This document shows, piece by piece, positions 26,690 to 40,520 of a stretch of DNA of 64,000 nucleotides. The translations under genes and the position numbers were made by a program. The notes below the pieces were generated by a model, which ran no database searches, was not told the origin of the DNA, and saw only the letters and a list, made by a program, of their open reading frames with translations. Position 1 is the first letter of the stretch; every line of letters starts with the position of its first letter. Origin of the DNA: Octopus vulgaris (lineage: Eukaryota); contig OX597816.1 in the NCBI GenBank assembly GCA_951406725.2, forward strand, positions 173,538,001 through 173,602,000, in the 5' to 3' direction.

Positions 26690-27450
26690 TACTGTTTGGA
26701 CCAGATAGTCTAGATCTGCTTCATTTTTTTGTATACAACTTGAAGTCATCCATATAAAGTAGGTGACTTATTCTCATTTTGGATTTGGTAAACTCATAGG
26801 CAGGCCTGGATTTTTTTTAGTATAGTCATATATATATAAAATAGTACAATGATGAATATTAACAGGGAGAGTGAGTCCCCTTGAAAAATGCCCCTGCATA
26901 TTTCATGTTACCTAGCAATTCATTTGCACATGTCAGTTTCACTTCCCACACTCTCATTGCTTTCTCCAAAAAGTTGTTTATCTTATCATTGTCATAAGCC
27001 TTTCTGGAATCTGTCCATCCAACAGCTAAATTCTTCTTCCTTACTCTCACACCTCATTTAACATCCTACTATCTATATAGAGCAGATTGGCAGTTTCCCC
27101 TTCATTTCTTCTTACATCCTTTTTGTTCCTCTGGAAATAGATTCTCCTTCTCCAGAAAATTATATACTTCATCTGCTATGAGGCCAGTTGATAGTTTCCA
27201 GAGTGATGGTAAGCAAGTAACAGGTCTGTGATTGCTGACTTCCTCTCTCTTTTCTTTGCCCTACTGTATCAGCACTCTGCTTCTTTTTGTCATCCATCTT
27301 GGAGTTCCATTTTTTAAGCAGTCAATAAAAAAAATGGTTGTATATAACTGTATATTTGGGAGATTCTTGAGCCAGAAACCCTGGACATCATCTGGTCCAG
27401 GGGTTTTCAAGACTGGTATTTTCTTAATCATCTCTTTCCCTTCCTTATCC
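26690..27450 (-). mobile_element. R4/Dong-like LINE RT fragment
   Basis: KTPGPDDVQGFWLK, IFQGDSLS, HLLYMDDFKLY motifs. Confidence 0.85.
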
Positions 27451-28743
27451 ATGATTGTTAATTTTGGCACAAGGCTTGAAATTTGGGGGAGGTTAGTCAA
27501 TTACATCACCCCCTCGCTGGTACTTTATTTCACCAACCCTGCAAAGATGAAAGGCAAAGTCGAGCTCAGAATGTAATGAGCCAGAACAAATATTACAAGG
27601 TATTTTTTCCCCACATTCTAACCATTTTACCAGCTAGCAACCTAAATAATAACTGTTTCTAATTCAAGCATAAGGCTTGAAAGTTTGAGGGAGGAGATTA
27701 GACAAGTTTATCAACCCCAGTACTTGACTGATAATTTATTTTATTGACTCTAGAGGCATGAAAGGCAAAACTGACTTTGGTAGGATTTGAATACAGAATG
27801 TAAAGTACCAAAATAAAATTTTATGTTTTGAGTTCAAATCCAGTGTCTTTCATTCTTCCAGGGTGAATAAAATAAAGTACCAGTCAAAAGCTATGATCAA
27901 TGGTATCTATTAACCCTCCACATCAAATTTTTCTCAGACTTTGTAACTAATGTTAGAAACAATAACAACTGTATTAGCACCATCAAAAATGACACAGACA
28001 TGTATAAGATATAGAGAACCTTTGAAAAAGCTATTGACAAATCATCTTTGGTTGCCCAATATTGGTGAAAGATGTTCTTTCACTCAATAATAATAACAAT
28101 CCCCTTATTGATAAACTAGTTAGCTGAACACTGCCAGTCCATTTTCTATGGCTATAGAAAGTACTGTAAACAATAAAGACAACTGCTACATCACCATGAC
28201 TACACAGCACAGTCACTACAAGGACAAAAAAAAAACCCCACCAGCAACAACAATCAGAGAAAGAAGAACAATGACAACGAAGCCACTGTGGCTACAGGAA
28301 AAGGCAGAAGAACAATGGAAATAATAAGAAAGAGAATAACAATGCCAAAAGGAGCAATACAGTTTACAAGAGGGAGAACACCACCATCACTGACAGTAAC
28401 AAGACAAGCAAATGATATTAATACAAATAATAATATGCCCTGGGTATGGCATGAAACCGCATCCTGTTGTAACATCTCAACAGAGGAAGAATAAGGTTAC
28501 CCTTAACTACAACTATCTTCAGGTCACCGTTGGGCATGGTGTAGTGTCTGTAAGCCCACCCCAAGACCTTGAAATACCAGGTTGGTTCCTGGTGGGGTTA
28601 AGTCTGTCTCATGGGGCAAAGGTGCCCCTTTAGCCTTAGCTGGCAACCTCTCTTGAGATGATGTCTCAATAAAAACACCAGTGGTGGTATCACCTCATTA
28701 CCAGAATCTTTATGAGTGAAAATGTCAAATATAAATGTATTAA

Positions 28744-28905
28744 GCAGGAGTGGCTGTGTGGTTAAGTAGCTTGCTAACCAACCACATGGTTCTGGGTTCA
28801 GTCCCACTGCATGGCATCTTGGGCAAGTGTCTTCTGCTATAGCTCCGGCCGACCAATGCCTTGTGAGTGAATTTGGTAGACGGAAACTGAAAGAAGCCCG
28901 TCGTA

Positions 28906-28968
<63 letters not shown>

Positions 28969-29188
28969 ATGTGTTTGTTTGTCTGTGTTTGTCCCCCTAG
29001 CATTGTTTGACAACTGATGCTGGTGTGTTTACGTCCCCATCACTTAGCGGTTCGGCAAAAGAGACCAATAGAATAAGTACTGGGCTTACAAAGAATAAGT
29101 CCTGGGGTCGATTTGCTCGACTAAAGGCGGTGCTCCAGCATGGCCACAGTCAAAGGACTGAAACAAGTAAAAGAGTAAAAGAGAGTAA
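28744..29188 (+). mobile_element. SINE family A
   Basis: Matches 636-1069. Confidence 0.93.
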
Positions 29189-29305
29189 ACAACGGCATGA
29201 ATGAGGTTGGAACTGATAAAAAGTGTATACAAAGGTTGGTCAGCAACCCACCTTGTGATGGTGTGATGATAAGAATACTGATGACTGTACAAATATTACC
29301 TTTAA

Positions 29306-29524
29306 CCCTTTAGTGTTCAGATTATCCTATCAAACATAATGCCTATTGATTCCCATTGATTTGGATTAATCATGCATTATCTCATATCTTCAAGATCTTG
29401 ATGGTGTAGTTACTTAATGTAGAATAACATTGTAGGGTGGGTGTGAGAGCCTGGATCTGGTCAGTTTGAACATAAAACAGATTAGTTATTTTGGCCGGAT
29501 ATGGCCGGTTTAAAAACTAAAGGG
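29306..29524. mobile_element. piggyBac-type MITE (second family)
   Basis: TTAA|CCCTTTAG...CTAAAGGG|TTAA; related copy at 54831-55044. Confidence 0.87.
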
Positions 29525-30491
29525 TTAAATGAGTGATGTCAAAATCAAATAGTAAAGACAACTGCACTAACAGATCCAGAACCGTCAACAGCGAAGGTGT
29601 CATGCACAGCAGGCAAAGAGTGTCTGACCAAGTTCCAGCAGGTCGTTATCAGGCCATTGATGAGGACCAGAATCACAGCCAAAAGTTCAAAAGGCAAAAA
29701 ATGAAATGAGAGGATGAAGTAAACAAGACTGTAATTGAATGTTGACTGAGAAGTGAGCTAAATAAAAGAGGTTTCAGGAAAGGAATGAAGAGAATATGGG
29801 ATGAAAAAGGAGTTTCTGAAGCTCCAGCATGGCCGCAGTCAAATCACAGAAACAAGTAAAAGAGTAAAAGAGTAAAAGAGTATCCACCCAGGGCAATTCA
29901 CATGAATGACTGGATTACAGGATTAGAAGTTGAAGAAATTCAGAGAATAAAAAAAAAAGGAACCGGGAGAAAGTGAAACAGCAGTAGTAGGAAGTGGTAT
30001 TGAAGGAGTAAATCAGTGTGTGCCTGAGATTACTGATGAAGTACAAAGTAAACATGATCTAGTTGAACAAGTGACAGTAAATGCTTGCACAAGACTTGAA
30101 TGATGAAGAGGAGATTCTAGAAATATTGCAAGGTTGTGCTGAGAACAATGAAGTAGCACCAAATGTAAGACATATGGACAAAGGAAAAGTAAGGAGAGCC
30201 ACAGGTAAAGTAAATGGGATTTTGAGCATGGTTTAAAACAGAAAACATGAGTGAAACAAACCAGCTGATCATAGTTGCTGCTAATGTTGTAGCTGACATG
30301 TTAGAACACAAGTGGAAAACTGAAGAAATGAAAAGAAAGAACGAAACCGGAGGAAAAGAATATGAATAAAGTTGGAAAGAACAAGAGCAATTGAATAGGA
30401 TAATGAGAGGAGAGCTCAAGAATGAAGTAGTAATCAGAAATTTGAATGGAGAGTAGAGGCTGGAAGAGAGGGATCAGTAAACGGTATATGA

Positions 30492-30722
30492 GGCGGCGAG
30501 CTGGCAGAAACGTTAGCACGCCGGGTGAAATGCGTAACCGTACTTCGTCTGCCGCTACATTCTGAGTTCAAATTCCGCCAAGGTTGACTTTGCCTTTCAT
30601 CCTTTCGGGGTCGATAAATTAAGTACCAGTTACGCACTGGAGTCGATGTAATCGACTTAATACCTATGTCTTTCCTTGTTTGTCCCCTCTGTGTTTAGCC
30701 CCTTGTGGGTAGTAAAGAAATA
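30492..30722 (+). mobile_element. tRNA-related SINE family D
   Basis: B-box-like GAGTTCAAATTCC; target-site duplication ggtatatga (30483-30491, 30723-30731). Confidence 0.9.
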
Positions 30723-32034
30723 GGTATATGAAGAATTGTCACAGAGAGTGACAGTGTTAAAAGCCAAACTGAAAAGAATTGATGCTAGAAAGAAAGGTTT
30801 TCAACAGAATAGACTGTATCAATCAAATAGAAGGCATCTTTTTGAGGAAATAGATGGGTAACAGCATCAGGAACTGATTCCTGATGCAGAAGAAAGTAAA
30901 GAGTTTTGGGAAGAACTTTGGAACAAGTCAGTGAGGTATAAAGTGAAGAGTGGCTAACACAGGTGAAGAGACAGCTTGAAACTGTGCCAAGACAAAAGGA
31001 CATCAGAATTTATCTTAATTCAGTGAAACTGAAGTTTAAAAAAAAATAGCAAATTGGGAAGGACCTGGCCCAGATGGAGTACAAGGTTGTTGGCTCAAGA
31101 ATTTTACACAGTTGTATGAAAGGACAGTGGTATAAGTATTTGGGAATACTGGAAGCAGATGAAATAAAACATGAAGAGATAAAAAAAAATTACAAGTAGG
31201 GTGTACACAAGGAGAGTGAGAAAAATATTACAGTCAAAGTCGAATTTTAAAAATGTTATTGAAGAAATAAATGCAAGAGCATTATCAGTAATCAGATATG
31301 GAATTGGAATTGTAGTTGGATCGAAAACAACATACAGAAACTTGATAGAAAAACTAGAAAGTTGTTGATAATGTATGGAACCAACCATCCCAAAACTGAT
31401 ATCAACTAGTTGTATTTGAAGAGAGACCAGGGTTGAAGAGAGATCACTGCTGTACGTACAGATGGAAAGCAAAAGCCTACAAGAATATTTACAAAACAGC
31501 ACAGAGAAATCACTAAAGACAGCGAATAAGGAACAAGTGATCAAGTATGGAATAGGAGAAAAGGACAAGAACGAAATTCAAAGAGAGCATGTAAAACAGA
31601 TTGAAGAGAAACCTATGCACGATCAGTTTTGTGAAGCTGCTTACTAACTGATCTATCCTGCTCATTTGATTCCAAGAATGTAAAGAAAGAGGATGAAAAA
31701 CAAAAACATAAAATACAGTCCCTTAAAATCTGAAATTACAAGAATTTGAAGTATGAAAACTGTAAAGGTTGTGGTTGTAATCATTAGTGCATTGTGAACT
31801 GTAAGTAAAGTTATAGACAAATGGTTGAAGGAGATTGGAATAGAGGGTCCTGCAGACCTGCTACAGAAAGCTAGCCTCTTAAGGACAGCAAAGATTATCA
31901 GGAGGGTTTTAAGCACTTGAAAGATTACTAAAAGCTAGAGGATACTTAAGTTACAGGCAGTAACCAGCTACCCACATAAATCCTACAAGGGATACAAATG
32001 AACAGGAGTGAAATCATGAATAATAATAGTAATT

Positions 32035-32600
32035 ATTATTGAGTGAGAGAGCAATGCATGCCATGAAAGTGACGCTGGGGTACAAATATATGAAGCTCAA
32101 GATACCCATCATGACTACCTGTCTGATAAGGGTACACAAGGCACATGCATCACAACCATACGTATGCAACATGGTGATCACATATCAAAATAAAGAGCAC
32201 ATGACCTTGCAGGTGGGGCCCAGATAGCATTTTCTTTATGTCAAGTAGCCCATTCCGCTCAAAAGATCTCTGAATAAGGTTTGTTTAAGGATGTTGAAAG
32301 AATTACCCATGTTTCCAGAGGTGAATTATTCAAACCCCAAAGAATTCCTCTCATCACATGGCTATGATGCTCCGCAACTACTCCTGCACATGATCAGAGA
32401 TGCACATATCGTCAGCCACTAAGGGGCATGCTCAACTGGTTAAGGTCAAACAACTGACAAGCAAATCTGTGGTATTGAGCAGAATATTTGCTGTAGCCCA
32501 TCTTTTATACCAAGACAAAACAATGTACATGATAACACTTCCAATCAGTTAAGACCAGAAACCATGAGAGCCACTGCCTGGTGGCATCATGGCATAAGGT
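32035..32600 (-). repeat. Unclassified interspersed element bounded by (TAA/TTA)n
   Basis: Discrete block of higher GC between AT-rich triplet tracts; no second copy in the window. Confidence 0.35.
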
Positions 32601-32612
32601 AATTATTATTAT

Positions 32613-33129
32613 TTGGCATCCGTGCTAGCAGGGTGCAAAGAGCACCATACGAGTGTGATCGTTGACAGAGCGGCTAACCGGCTTCCGTGCCAGTGGCACA
32701 TAAAAGGCACCATTCGAGGGTGATCGTTGCCAGCATCGCCTTAATGGCACCTGTGCCCCGTGCTAGTACGGTGCTAAGAGCACCATCTGAGCATGATCGT
32801 TCCCAGAGCAGCTAACCGGCTTCTGTGCCAGTGGCACGTAAAAGGCACCATTCAAGCGTGATCGTTACCAGCTTCGCCCTACTGGCACCTGTGCCGGTGG
32901 CATGTGTAAAAAGATTCAAGCAAGGTCATTGCCAGTACCACCTGATTGGCCCCCATGCCGGTGACACGTAAAAGCACCCACTACACTCTCAGAGTGGTTG
33001 GCATTAGGAAGGGCATCCAGCTGTAGAAACTCTGCCAGATCAAGATTGGAGCCTGGTGCAGCCATCTGGTTCGCCAGCCCTCAGTGATATGGTCCAACCC
33101 ATGCTAGCATGGAAAGCGGACGTTAAACG

Positions 33130-33168
<39 letters not shown>
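32613..33168 (+). mobile_element. RTE 3' UTR-only insertion, different repeat subfamily
   Basis: Alternating gtggcacrtaaaaggcacc and ggtgcwaagagcacc units, conserved terminal block, (TTA)n tail. Confidence 0.85.
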
Positions 33169-33173
<5 letters not shown>

Positions 33174-33499
33174 CAGGTTGCTCTTGAGTGCAACTGGTAA
33201 CATGTAGCCTAGTACAATCTGTCATTTGGTTAAGTCATCAGTGACTAAACTGGCAACTCCATGAAGCTTGCTTGGTGACGAGGATGATCTTTGAACACCC
33301 TCATCATCACCATCATCACCATCATCATCTAGCTTTCCATGCTGGTGTGGGTTAAATGGTTGACTGAAACTGGTAAGCTGTAGGGCTACAGCAGGTTCTA
33401 AACCCAATAAAGGTCTGAGGAACTCAGAAGAGTCAATGACTATCCAAAAACTTTATAAAATCTGTAGTTGCAGAGTATAAAATACTGAATTGGTGACCT

Positions 33500-34315
33500 G
33501 CACAGGATAGCTCACTTCAATTGTAAGGTTTGAGGGTCCCTTAAAGTCATTTATGCCACCTTCTAGATATGGTGTCTCAAAGAAGAAAAACACCAATTAT
33601 GGTGGAACCTGAAAATGACTAACCTCAATGAGTGAAATGAATCACAACATTTATTTACACAAAGACATGAAAGGTGCTGGAGCCTCTAGTGATGATGATG
33701 CCTCAATTAGCAGGTGTATTCTGGGTGAACAGCACAGGCTTGGTAATCATCATAATATTGCTAGAATGAAGTGGAGTGTTATTTTAGAAGCAAGCCTGTA
33801 AATGAAAATGGTGTGGAAATTAGGGGACGTAAACAAAGGATGTTATGAGTATGGCAGGAGACAGGGCTCTTTGAATCAACTGAACAGAGGATTTGCAATC
33901 AGGCAAGAGCAATAAGCAAAAACAGATGGCTATCTGAGATGAAGATGGAAATGATAAAGGAGAAAGATAAGCCAGGAGGGTGTGGAGGATTTAGAAGATC
34001 AGGATCTTGAAAATTAAAATAGAGATGAGAGTATGAAAAATGGTGGAATCCAACAGGATGAGGCTGAACTGAATACTCAAGAAGATGCAGGAGGTGATAT
34101 TAACATCAATGAACTGAAGGACATATCAGAAAAAGATAGACAGATATATAGGCGCAGGAGTGGCTGTGTGGTAAGTAGCTTGCTAACCAACCACATGGTT
34201 GCGGGTTCAGTCCCACTGCGTGGCATCTTGGGCAAGTGTCTTCTACTATAGCCTCGGGCCGACCAAAGCCTTGTGAGTGGATTTGGTAGACGGAAACTGA
34301 AAGAAGCCCGTCGTA

Positions 34316-34375
<60 letters not shown>

Positions 34376-34740
34376 TGTGTGTGTTTGTGCGTCTGTGTTT
34401 GTCCCCCTAGCATTACTTGACAACCGATGCTGGTGTGTTTACGTCCCCGTTACTTAGCGGTTCGGCAAAAAGAGACTGATAGAATAAGTACTGGGCTTAC
34501 AAAAGAATAAGTCCCGGGGTTGAGTTGCTCGATTAAAGGCGGTGCTCCAGCATGGCCGCAGTCAAATGACTGAAACAAGTAAAAGAGTAAAAGAATCTCA
34601 TCAGTGCTGTACGTATCTACATTGCTAAAGAGTTGGGTCTGAAACAGATTGCACAAAAGCAGATCAAGGAACCATGGTGGGAAAGGAGAATATTAATATT
34701 CTGGAAAGGGAAAACAAAAGTGATTTAAGAAAAAGAGGAA
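33500..34740 (+). mobile_element. 5' region of another decayed R4/Dong-like LINE
   Basis: RMKWS.. and [18 protein letters not shown]-like peptides; upstream similarity to 28620-28720. Confidence 0.55.
34150..34593 (+). mobile_element. SINE family A
   Basis: Matches the consensus of the other copies. Confidence 0.93.
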
Positions 34741-34828
34741 AGATTGATTTGGTTTTGTTTTGTAGTTTTGCTCAATACTTTTAATCAAAGATAGCTGTAT
34801 GTAGTTCAATGTATTCCAGATTAAGATA

Positions 34829-35220
34829 CATCATCATCATCATCATCATCATCATCATTTAGCGTCCGCTTTCCATGCTAGCATGGGTTGGACGGTTCAA
34901 CTGGTGTCTGTGAAGCCAGGAGGCTGCACCAGGCTCCAGTCTGATCCGGCAGAGTTTCTACGGCTGGATGCCCTTCCTAATGCCAACCACTCCACGAGTG
35001 TAGTGGGTGCTTTTTACGTGTCACCCGCACAGGTGCCAGATGGAGCTGGCAAACGGCCACGGACGGATGGTGCTTTTTACGTGCCACCAGCACGGGGGCC
35101 AGGCGAGGCTGGCAACGGCCACGAACGGATGGTGCTTTTACATGCCACCGGCACGGGGGCTAGGCGAGGCTGGCAACAGACACAAACGGATGGTGCTTTT
35201 ATGTGCCACCGGCACGTAAA
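34829..35220 (-). mobile_element. RTE 3' UTR-only insertion with repeat array
   Basis: (CAT)n tail, four repeat cores. Confidence 0.9.
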
Positions 35221-35494
35221 GACAAAAATGATAGATAACAGATAAAACTTGTGACAAGTGCATAACAAGGAATATAGCTTTCAGAGATGTTTTTCTCTTT
35301 AGGCTGCACCTTTAGTACTACATATGTAGACTTTACACCATCTCTAAACTCAAAGACTTCAAACAATCCAAGACCAGAAAACATTATTCATGTCATGGTT
35401 CACAATTAACTTCCAACAGTTACATAGTTTTCAAAATAACCACAGAATTTCCATGGGTACAGCATGTACAATATAATAAAGAGTACATAATAAA

Positions 35495-35712
35495 GGCGGC
35501 GAGCTGGAAGAAACGTTAGCACGCCGAACGAAATTCGTCTGTCGTTACGTTTCGAGTTCAAATTCCGCCGAGGTCGACTTTGCCTTTCATCCTTTCGGGG
35601 TCGATAAATTAAGTACCAGTTACGCACTGGGGTCGATGTAGTCGACTTAATCCCTTTGTCTGTCCTTGTTTGTCCCCTCTGTGTTTAGCCCCTTGTGGGT
35701 AATGAAGAAATA
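35495..35712 (+). mobile_element. SINE family D
   Basis: Matches 30492-30722; flanking direct repeat aatataataaagagtaca. Confidence 0.9.
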
Positions 35713-36518
35713 AATATAATAAAGAGTACAATTACCCACAAATGACTACAGGAGAGAGTACAACAGTGTGAAAAGTGGATAGCCAAGTACAGAACCAGAT
35801 ATGGTAAACAAACTGCTGCTATTTCAGTCAAAATGCTGACAGCTAATCCTAGTAGACATTGTGACTTCTAAATGGGTGTGACTTCTAAATGGGTGGAAAT
35901 TGGATGAGATGTGGGTAAGGATATCTTTATGAGTAGGAGGATTAAGGAGGAATGTACAATTATTTTTGCTTTGATTTTACCTGAAATCAGACTCTTAAAA
36001 TTCAACCCTTCCCAAAAAGAAAAACAGTTTGGCATCACTGCAATTACCATCTCCACAAATCTCTTCTATCCACCCTCCAACAGTTTATATGGTCAGTAAG
36101 GGGAAGTGGAAAAAACAGGCGTTGGCCAGATGAAAGTATTGTATTTTGTTGAAATTGTAGATGGAAACTGCGCCACTAGCAATGGTTGGTAAAAGAAAAA
36201 GATCAGCAAACAATTTCTTCTTGACATGTCATTGTTTGGTTTCGCTATTTTTATCATTCATTCAGACAGAAAGACAGACAGGCAGACAGAGGGGGAGAGT
36301 GAGTGAGTGTGTGAGTAAGAGAGAGAGAGAGAGAGAGTGTGTGTGTGTGTGTGTGTGTGTTGTTTGTGTTGAAGAGTCAGTAGATTGCTAGACAACTTAC
36401 TTCGTTCCTTTATGTTATGAGTTCAAATCTCACCTAGGTTTATTTATGTATGTATTTAGTTTGGTCATATCTCACCTAGGTTTCAAATCTCACCTAGGTT
36501 TATTTATGTATGTATTTA

Positions 36519-36553
<35 letters not shown>

Positions 36554-36621
36554 AAGGTATGTATGTGTGTATGTATGTATGTATGCATGCATGCATGTAT
36601 GTAAGGTATATCTATCTATCT

Positions 36622-36668
<47 letters not shown>

Positions 36669-36996
36669 GCAACAGTAAATTACTGGTTATGTTATGCAAC
36701 TGATCAACAACTTACTATCAGTTTCACACAAAATATTGCCCTTGACAATATTGACAATTCTTCAGACAAACTGGCCAAGTCTTTTGGCTGGCATATCTGA
36801 AGAGTCATCAATAGTTGGCATGTAACAGACAGTAACATTCTGACCAGTTATCTATCATAACCTGTATTATACGGCTTGATGATACACAAGAATATAACTG
36901 CTCTATTACTCATACTAAACATGCATTTTTTCTGGGTTAGGGACAACTAGCCTGGTTATATATTTATATATACATGTATGTAAGTATAAAATGATG

Positions 36997-37063
<67 letters not shown>

Positions 37064-37212
37064 GATGTGGTTTTTAGAAAAAGAAAACAGCAGTGTGGAA
37101 ACAGTCTAACTATGATATGACCAAACTAACAAATGATGTCACATTACTACGAGTTTTTCTTTTTAAATGACTGATAAACTTATATTCATCTTATATATGC
37201 TTTCTGTCTTTT

Positions 37213-37562
37213 ATCTGTTACTTATTTCAGTCATTAGACTACAGCCATACTGGGCCCCCATCCACCTTGAAGAAATTTAAGCCAAATGAATCGGTCCCAA
37301 TGCTTTCTTTTTTAAGCCTGGTACTTATTCTATCAGTCCTTTTACCAAACTGCTAAGTTACAGAGATGTAAGCACACCAACATTGGTTGTCAAGCAGTAT
37401 TGCAGGACAAACACACACACACAATCGGCTTCTTTCAGTTTCCATCTACCAAATCCACTAACAAGGCTTGGTCAGTTTGAGGCTATATCAGAAGACACTT
37501 GCCCAAGGTGCTACACATATGGTTGGGAAGCAAGCTTCTTGTCACACAGCCATATGCCTGTG
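37213..37562 (-). mobile_element. Old diverged SINE family A
   Basis: Colinear with young copies but with many substitutions. Confidence 0.75.
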
Positions 37563-37932
37563 CCAATGTGTAGATATATATATGTGTGTGTGTATGTATG
37601 TGTGACATACAGAGGCAATAACATATCTACAAAATACATGTAATACAAACACTAGGATGGTTGTGCTGTAAAGTAGTTCATTCTGCAATCTTGTGGACCT
37701 TAGTCTCACTGCATGTCACCTCACAGTCTCAGATCCCATTTAAAAGGTCATGGGCACTGTCTTCACTCTTCTCGCTAAACCATAAACAAGCATGCAAACA
37801 TACAGAAATATCCACAGAAAACACACACACACATGCGTATACAATTTTTTCTGAATTTTCAGATTTTTCTATATGGTTTTAAATTGATGTTAATTAAATT
37901 AATATCTAATTTATCAGCCACATTATTTAAAT

Positions 37933-37962
<30 letters not shown>

Positions 37963-37964
<2 letters not shown>

Positions 37965-38354
37965 CTCTTTTACTCTCTTACTTGTTTCAGTCATTTGACT
38001 GTGGCCATGCTGGAGCACTGCCTTTAATCAAGCAAATCAACCCTAGGAGTTATTCTTCCTAAGCCTAGTACTTATTCTATCGTCTCTTTTGCTGAACCGC
38101 TAAGTTACGGGGATGTAAACACAACAGTGTCGGTTATCAAGCAATGCTGGGGAGACAAACACAGACACACAAACACACACATATATACATACATATATAT
38201 ACGACGGGCTTCTTTCAGTTTCCGTCTCCCAAATCCACCCACAAGGCTTTGGTCGGCCCAAGGATATAGTAGAATACACTTACCCAAGGTGCCACACAGT
38301 GGGACTGAACCTGGAGCCATGTGGTTGGTAAGCAAGCTACTTACCACACAGCCA
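37963..38354 (-). mobile_element. SINE family A
   Basis: Matches consensus. Confidence 0.92.
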
Positions 38355-38571
38355 ATTATGAATTAGCGGTTATGCAACCATCTAAGAGATAAATGTATCC
38401 ATATTACCTCACTATGTATAGGCCTCGCTATAAGGTTAACAGTAGTTGGTAATTTAAATGGTAAAACCATGGTTTAATATATTCAGATAAGAAAAAGAAA
38501 TGGAGCAACAATTAACAATTAGAAGTTGATCATTGATATTAAATGGTCACAGTTTAATTGTAGTTCAAGAA

Positions 38572-38650
38572 CATTTACAACTGTTTCAGTTTGTTATTTC
38601 AAAGTAAATTTGCACTTATCTCATTCTATTTAACAAACATCGTCAGAATG
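38572..38650 (-). ncRNA. Type I hammerhead ribozyme motif (pLTR)
   Basis: catt-CUGACGA-u-gtttgtta..taacaaac-u-GAAAC-agtt-GUA-aatg. Confidence 0.75.
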
Positions 38651-39374
38651 ATTTAGAGTTTATTAGAGGAATATAGATAGGAGAAAAAGGAAAATGAAAA
38701 AAAAAAAGGAAAAAGTTCATTAAATCTTTAGGTTTACATTTTTGTGCCCTTTTATGTTCCTTGTATATGTACGTTCCTTCAATTAGGTGAATGGAGTAAT
38801 AAGTGGGGAAGTGACTAGTTGACAGGCGGTGTTAGTTGAAGGAGTTATACCTGGTAGTAATATCTGGTGTTAATTGTAATAAACAGCGCTGCTTGTGACT
38901 GCTAGGTAAGTCCCTATGATTACAAATAGTGCCCTTGTTAAAAACTATGGATGCTTTTAAAAAGTTAGTGTGATATAATGTATAAATTTTTATGTTACAT
39001 AAAAGGTATAATAAATATATAAATAAATAACATGTTATGTGTGCTGCAGGTTATCTCCTCATTAATATAATTAAAACCAATACAGTTGGCTAGGATAGGC
39101 TAAATTGCTCGTTTTAATCGTGTTTATGTTATCAGCCGCCCTAGCAATTGGTATGTTAGTCAGCGATCTAACTTTAAAGTGAATATGATATAGAGAATTA
39201 TATGGCCAGGTGTACAATGTAGATTTAAGATAGATAATTCAGTTAATCGGGGTAATTTAATTTAATTTAATTGAGATGTGATGTTAAATCATGCTCTGTA
39301 GTAAGTGGGAGGGTAAGGGGAGGTAATCAGATGTTAGGCAGAGCAGCTAGTAAACTGTTATGTAGGTATTAGCG

Positions 39375-39928
39375 GTATTTAGAGAATAAGAATTTATCTT
39401 TATGTAAACATGTTGTATTTTTCTCATTTTGTTTATTATGTAATTCTGATTTGGCCATTAAAATGTAGAGTTTCTCATTTATGTATAAATTACAGTGCTT
39501 ATTTTAAAGGTTATATGAAGATGTTTTGACTAGGATACACTGTTCTAATCTATAACTAAAATTATTATTTTTAAGTTCCCAGATGTAACTACTTAATCTG
39601 GTAGAGTTAGTCTTACTTCTATTTATGAAACTTGAGTGATGGGAATTATATCTAAGTTTCATTTCATTTTTAGTTGCTCCTATATAAGTTTTCTTGTAAT
39701 TATTTGAGAATACATCACATTGGTAGATTACATTTTTAGTTTTACATTTATTCAAGAATTCACAAGTATTTTTATCTCTGCAACCACATAGATTAGTAAG
39801 ATTATCTGTGCCAATGATAAGGTGATTATCCGAATTTTTAGAACGTGAGTTATTTGGGGGATCACTTTTGTTGTGTTTTCTATCTTTATTCTTCCTAGTT
39901 TCATAGGTGTCTAGCTTTTTATTGTTGA
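39375..39928 (-). pseudogene. Penelope-type GIY-YIG endonuclease domain, frameshifted
   Basis: CGCR..C..KCKTKNVIYQC..KTYIGAT..RYNSHHSSF..STRLSSYIWELK, continuing after a frameshift as HCNLYINEKLYIL..CLHKDKFLFS. Confidence 0.88.
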
Positions 39929-40352
39929 TCATCATCATCATCATCATCATTATCATCATCATCGTTTAACATCTGCTTTCCATACTAGCACGGGTTGGAC
40001 GGTTCAACTGGGGTCTGGGAAGCCAGGAGGCTGCACCAGGCCCAGTCTGATCTGGCATAGTTTCTACAGCTGGATGCCCTTCCTAACGCCAACCACTCCA
40101 TGAGTGTAGTGGGTGCTTTTTACGTGCCAGGTGGGGCTGGCAATGGCCACGATCGGATTGGTGCTTTTTATGTGCCACTGTCACGGAGGCCAGTCGGGGC
40201 GGCACTGGCAACGGCCACGTTCAGATGGTTCTTTAACGTGCCACTTGCACTGGTATCGCAACTACAATTTCCATTGATTTTTGAGCGATTTCGATTTTGA
40301 TTTCACTTGCCTCAACAGGTCGCAAGCAGAGTTTTGTGTCCCAAGAAGGAAA
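39929..40352 (-). mobile_element. RTE 3' UTR insertion nested in the Penelope remnant
   Basis: (CAT)n tail, conserved terminal block, repeat cores. Confidence 0.9.
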
Positions 40353-40441
40353 GGTAAGACTTAACAAACTTTTTTCTTTTTTTCCTTTTTCTTTTCATTT
40401 TCCTTTTTCTACTTTCTATATTCCTCCGATAAACTCTAAAT

Positions 40442-40520
40442 CATTCTGATGATGTTTGTTAAATTGAATGAGATAAATGCAAATTTACTTAGAAATAATA
40501 AACTGAAACAGCTGTAAATG
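40442..40520 (+). ncRNA. Type I hammerhead ribozyme motif (inverted pLTR)
   Basis: catt-CUGAUGA-u-gtttgtta..taataaac-u-GAAAC-agct-GUA-aatg; palindromic stem III ACAGCUGU; predicted cleavage after 40516. Confidence 0.78.

Larger units (their letters stand above)
28560..32020 (+). mobile_element. Long decayed R4/Dong-like (restriction-like endonuclease) LINE with nested insertions
   Basis: GPGPDGVQGCWLKNF, YKYLGILEADEIKHEEIK, C-terminal LLQKASLLRTAKIIRRVL; (TAA)-like tail near 32020. The 5' boundary is approximate. Confidence 0.8.

Noticed and set aside
36705-36830. Two divergent CTGAAGA motifs resembling hammerheads
   Set aside because: The minus-strand motif has GAAAC..GTA but no stem I pairing; the plus-strand motif lacks GAAA
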